Positions 62,497 through 64,000 of a stretch of DNA of 64,000 bases are shown here, one piece after another. The translations under genes and the position numbers were made by a program. Origin of the DNA: Nitrospiraceae bacterium (GTDB lineage: Bacteria; Nitrospirota; Nitrospiria; Nitrospirales; Nitrospiraceae); assembly GCA_035250505.1 (NCBI GenBank), contig DATFFC010000088.1, positions 953-64,952 of the forward strand, written 5' to 3'. The notes below the pieces were generated by a model that saw nothing but the letters and a program-made list of their open reading frames with translations, searched no databases and was not told the origin of the DNA. Positions within the stretch are counted from its first letter, which is position 1; every line of letters begins with the position of its first letter.

Positions 62497-63051
62497 ATGC
62501 CGGTCGAGTGCCCACGCTGCCTTTTGACCAATCCGGATACCGTGCTGTTTTGCGAATGCGGCTATGACTTCACGCCGCACTTTCAACGGTTGCCTTTCCA
62601 GAAAGGCGACGCGGCCGGCCAGTCACGCCGGCCGCTCTTCAAGCGCCAGATGCACAAAGGCAGTTTCTTGCTCGGTATTTCGTTCTTGTGGATCGCGCTC
62701 GCGGTGGGCGAACTCTATCGGATTCGGATCGAGCTGCCCCGCCGTCCGATCACGGAACTGGCCTTGAGCAGCCTGATGGTCGGGTTGACGGACGTGATCG
62801 GCGCCTTGGTGATCGGCACCATCGGATGGGCCTGCGTGTGGATTGCCATGTCGTCTCATGGGCGGCCGGCAAAGCTGTGTCCTCGCCGGACCACCTTTGT
62901 GGTGACGTCGCTTGCCGCCGTGGTCCTGTTCGTGATCCGCACCATCGAACCGACGGTGCTAATCCAACATCTGGCCGAGGGATTGGCGATTGTGGCCCTG
63001 GCTGCCTTTTCCTACTATGCAGGCACGAGGCAATGGCTCGGGAAATGGTAG
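62497..63051 (+). CDS. zinc-ribbon membrane protein, unknown function
   Basis: An N-terminal CPRC...CECG zinc ribbon is followed by four hydrophobic helices. Confidence 0.55.
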   Translation: MPVECPRCLLTNPDTVLFCECGYDFTPHFQRLPFQKGDAAGQSRRPLFKRQMHKGSFLLGISFLWIALAVGELYRIRIELPRRPITELALSSLMVGLTDVIGALVIGTIGWACVWIAMSSHGRPAKLCPRRTTFVVTSLAAVVLFVIRTIEPTVLIQHLAEGLAIVALAAFSYYAGTRQWLGKW

Positions 63052-63328
63052 AGGGCTTCCACAATTTATGGGGATAACTCTGTGGACAATCGCTTCCCCG
63101 CAGATTATTCGCGGCATGGAAAGCGCTGAACGAGAAGGTTGCCTATTCTTTGAGCATTGAAGGACGAAGGGGGCCGGACCCCAATATCTTGAGGCTTGAC
63201 TATTTTTGGTTTCTATAGATCACACCCGTCGGCTTGCACAGCGTATTCTGTCATCAGTCGTCCGACAGCGGTGACACCGTGTGAAGGACAGGCTCCGGTC
63301 GGAGACTTTATACACATGGCACCGTCCC

Positions 63329-63736
63329 TTAATGGATGGGTTTACAGTTGTGGGCGATGAATGTCTGCGCACCGTCCCGGATCTCCCGCAGTCTTTGTTC
63401 CTCTTCCGTCTTTCCTTGATCACGCAGGTGGACAATATCCTGATCGAGGAGCGGGAGTTTCGTGACGAGATCGGCACATTTCCGGTCAATGTGGGCTCGT
63501 ACATGCTCGAGGAGCAGACGGTGCTGCTTCTCATGCAGCTCTTCGCGAACTGAATTCGTGCCGGCCGCGCCTTCGAGCAATCTCGTGATCTCCACGAGAT
63601 CTTCCGGAACGACTTCGGTCTGCCCCGGAAAAGCTTGCCTGATTTCTTCCAACGTATGCGCAGATGAAAGAGTCGCAGCGCAGAGACACAGCAGACAGAG
63701 GATCAAACACCTCGAGCGTTGCATAACCGACCTCAT
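63329..63736 (-). CDS. small secreted hypothetical protein
   Basis: It has a signal peptide (CLILCLLCLCAATLSSAHT) and a helical mature part. Confidence 0.45.
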   Translation of the reverse strand: MRSVMQRSRCLILCLLCLCAATLSSAHTLEEIRQAFPGQTEVVPEDLVEITRLLEGAAGTNSVREELHEKQHRLLLEHVRAHIDRKCADLVTKLPLLDQDIVHLRDQGKTEEEQRLREIRDGAQTFIAHNCKPIH

Positions 63737-64000
63737 GATTTGTTGAACGCGACTTCGTTATGACGCCGTATCCGATTCAGTCGAGCGCCGCAGCCTCAGG
63801 AGTAGCGGAACGGACAGCGAACGTCGTACAATACCGCCTTCTGGACTTATTCCACATCACAGGATGTGCCGGCCGTCAACCTCCAACGGCGACATTCTGA
63901 TTTTCGACAGATAACGAACACTGCTGCTGGAGACTTCTATGGCCGACACGGCCATTCTTTCCTCGCCGAGAACCCTCAACATCAACCGCGCCCTATGGAC

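Overview
This is a GC-rich bacterial window. I cannot confirm the taxon; the gene content and style suggest a Nitrospira-like or other sigma-54-using polar flagellate, which is inference only. Positions 1-38.7 kb hold an almost complete flagellar regulon, entirely on the minus strand. In descending coordinate order it runs as follows: a FleQ/FlrA-like sigma-54 activator, a large TPR protein, a FlrB/FlrC-like two-component pair, then flgBC-fliEF-fliG-(REC-fliH)-fliIJ-ylxF-fliK-flgD-flgE. This is followed by fliLMN-fliOPQR-flhBA-flhFG-fliA, a degenerate GGDEF gene, flgFG-flgAH-flgI-flgJ, and flgM-flgN-flgK. Four good GG-N10-GC (sigma-54) promoters and two sigma-28-type promoters can be read directly from the sequence. 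Several things interrupt this otherwise conserved locus. (1) A small array of attC-like imperfect palindromes frames two promoter-less cassettes, an HNH nuclease and an RcsF-like lipoprotein, with no integrase nearby. (2) FliH carries an N-terminal receiver domain. (3) Three copies of a dyad-symmetric heptamer-repeat element sit inside the three large operons. (4) A structured spacer of about 119 nt separates flgB from flgC. At 39.2-40.9 kb, tRNA-Thr(UGU) is followed by a 1.6-kb island remnant bounded by a 46-bp duplication of the tRNA 3' half. The remnant carries a decayed rolling-circle Rep gene and a DUF433/DUF5615-type toxin-antitoxin pair. The remaining 23 kb is mixed housekeeping and accessory content: a PagL-like outer-membrane protein, kynU-kynA, HtrA, PilZ, a third sigma-54 two-component system with an embedded lipoprotein, ClpB, ComM/YifB, a Kelch protein, oxidoreductase and hydrolase genes, and several hypothetical membrane or secreted proteins. 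No rRNA genes or CRISPR arrays were seen. Every family assignment comes from motifs recognised by eye in the translations, and no database search was run.
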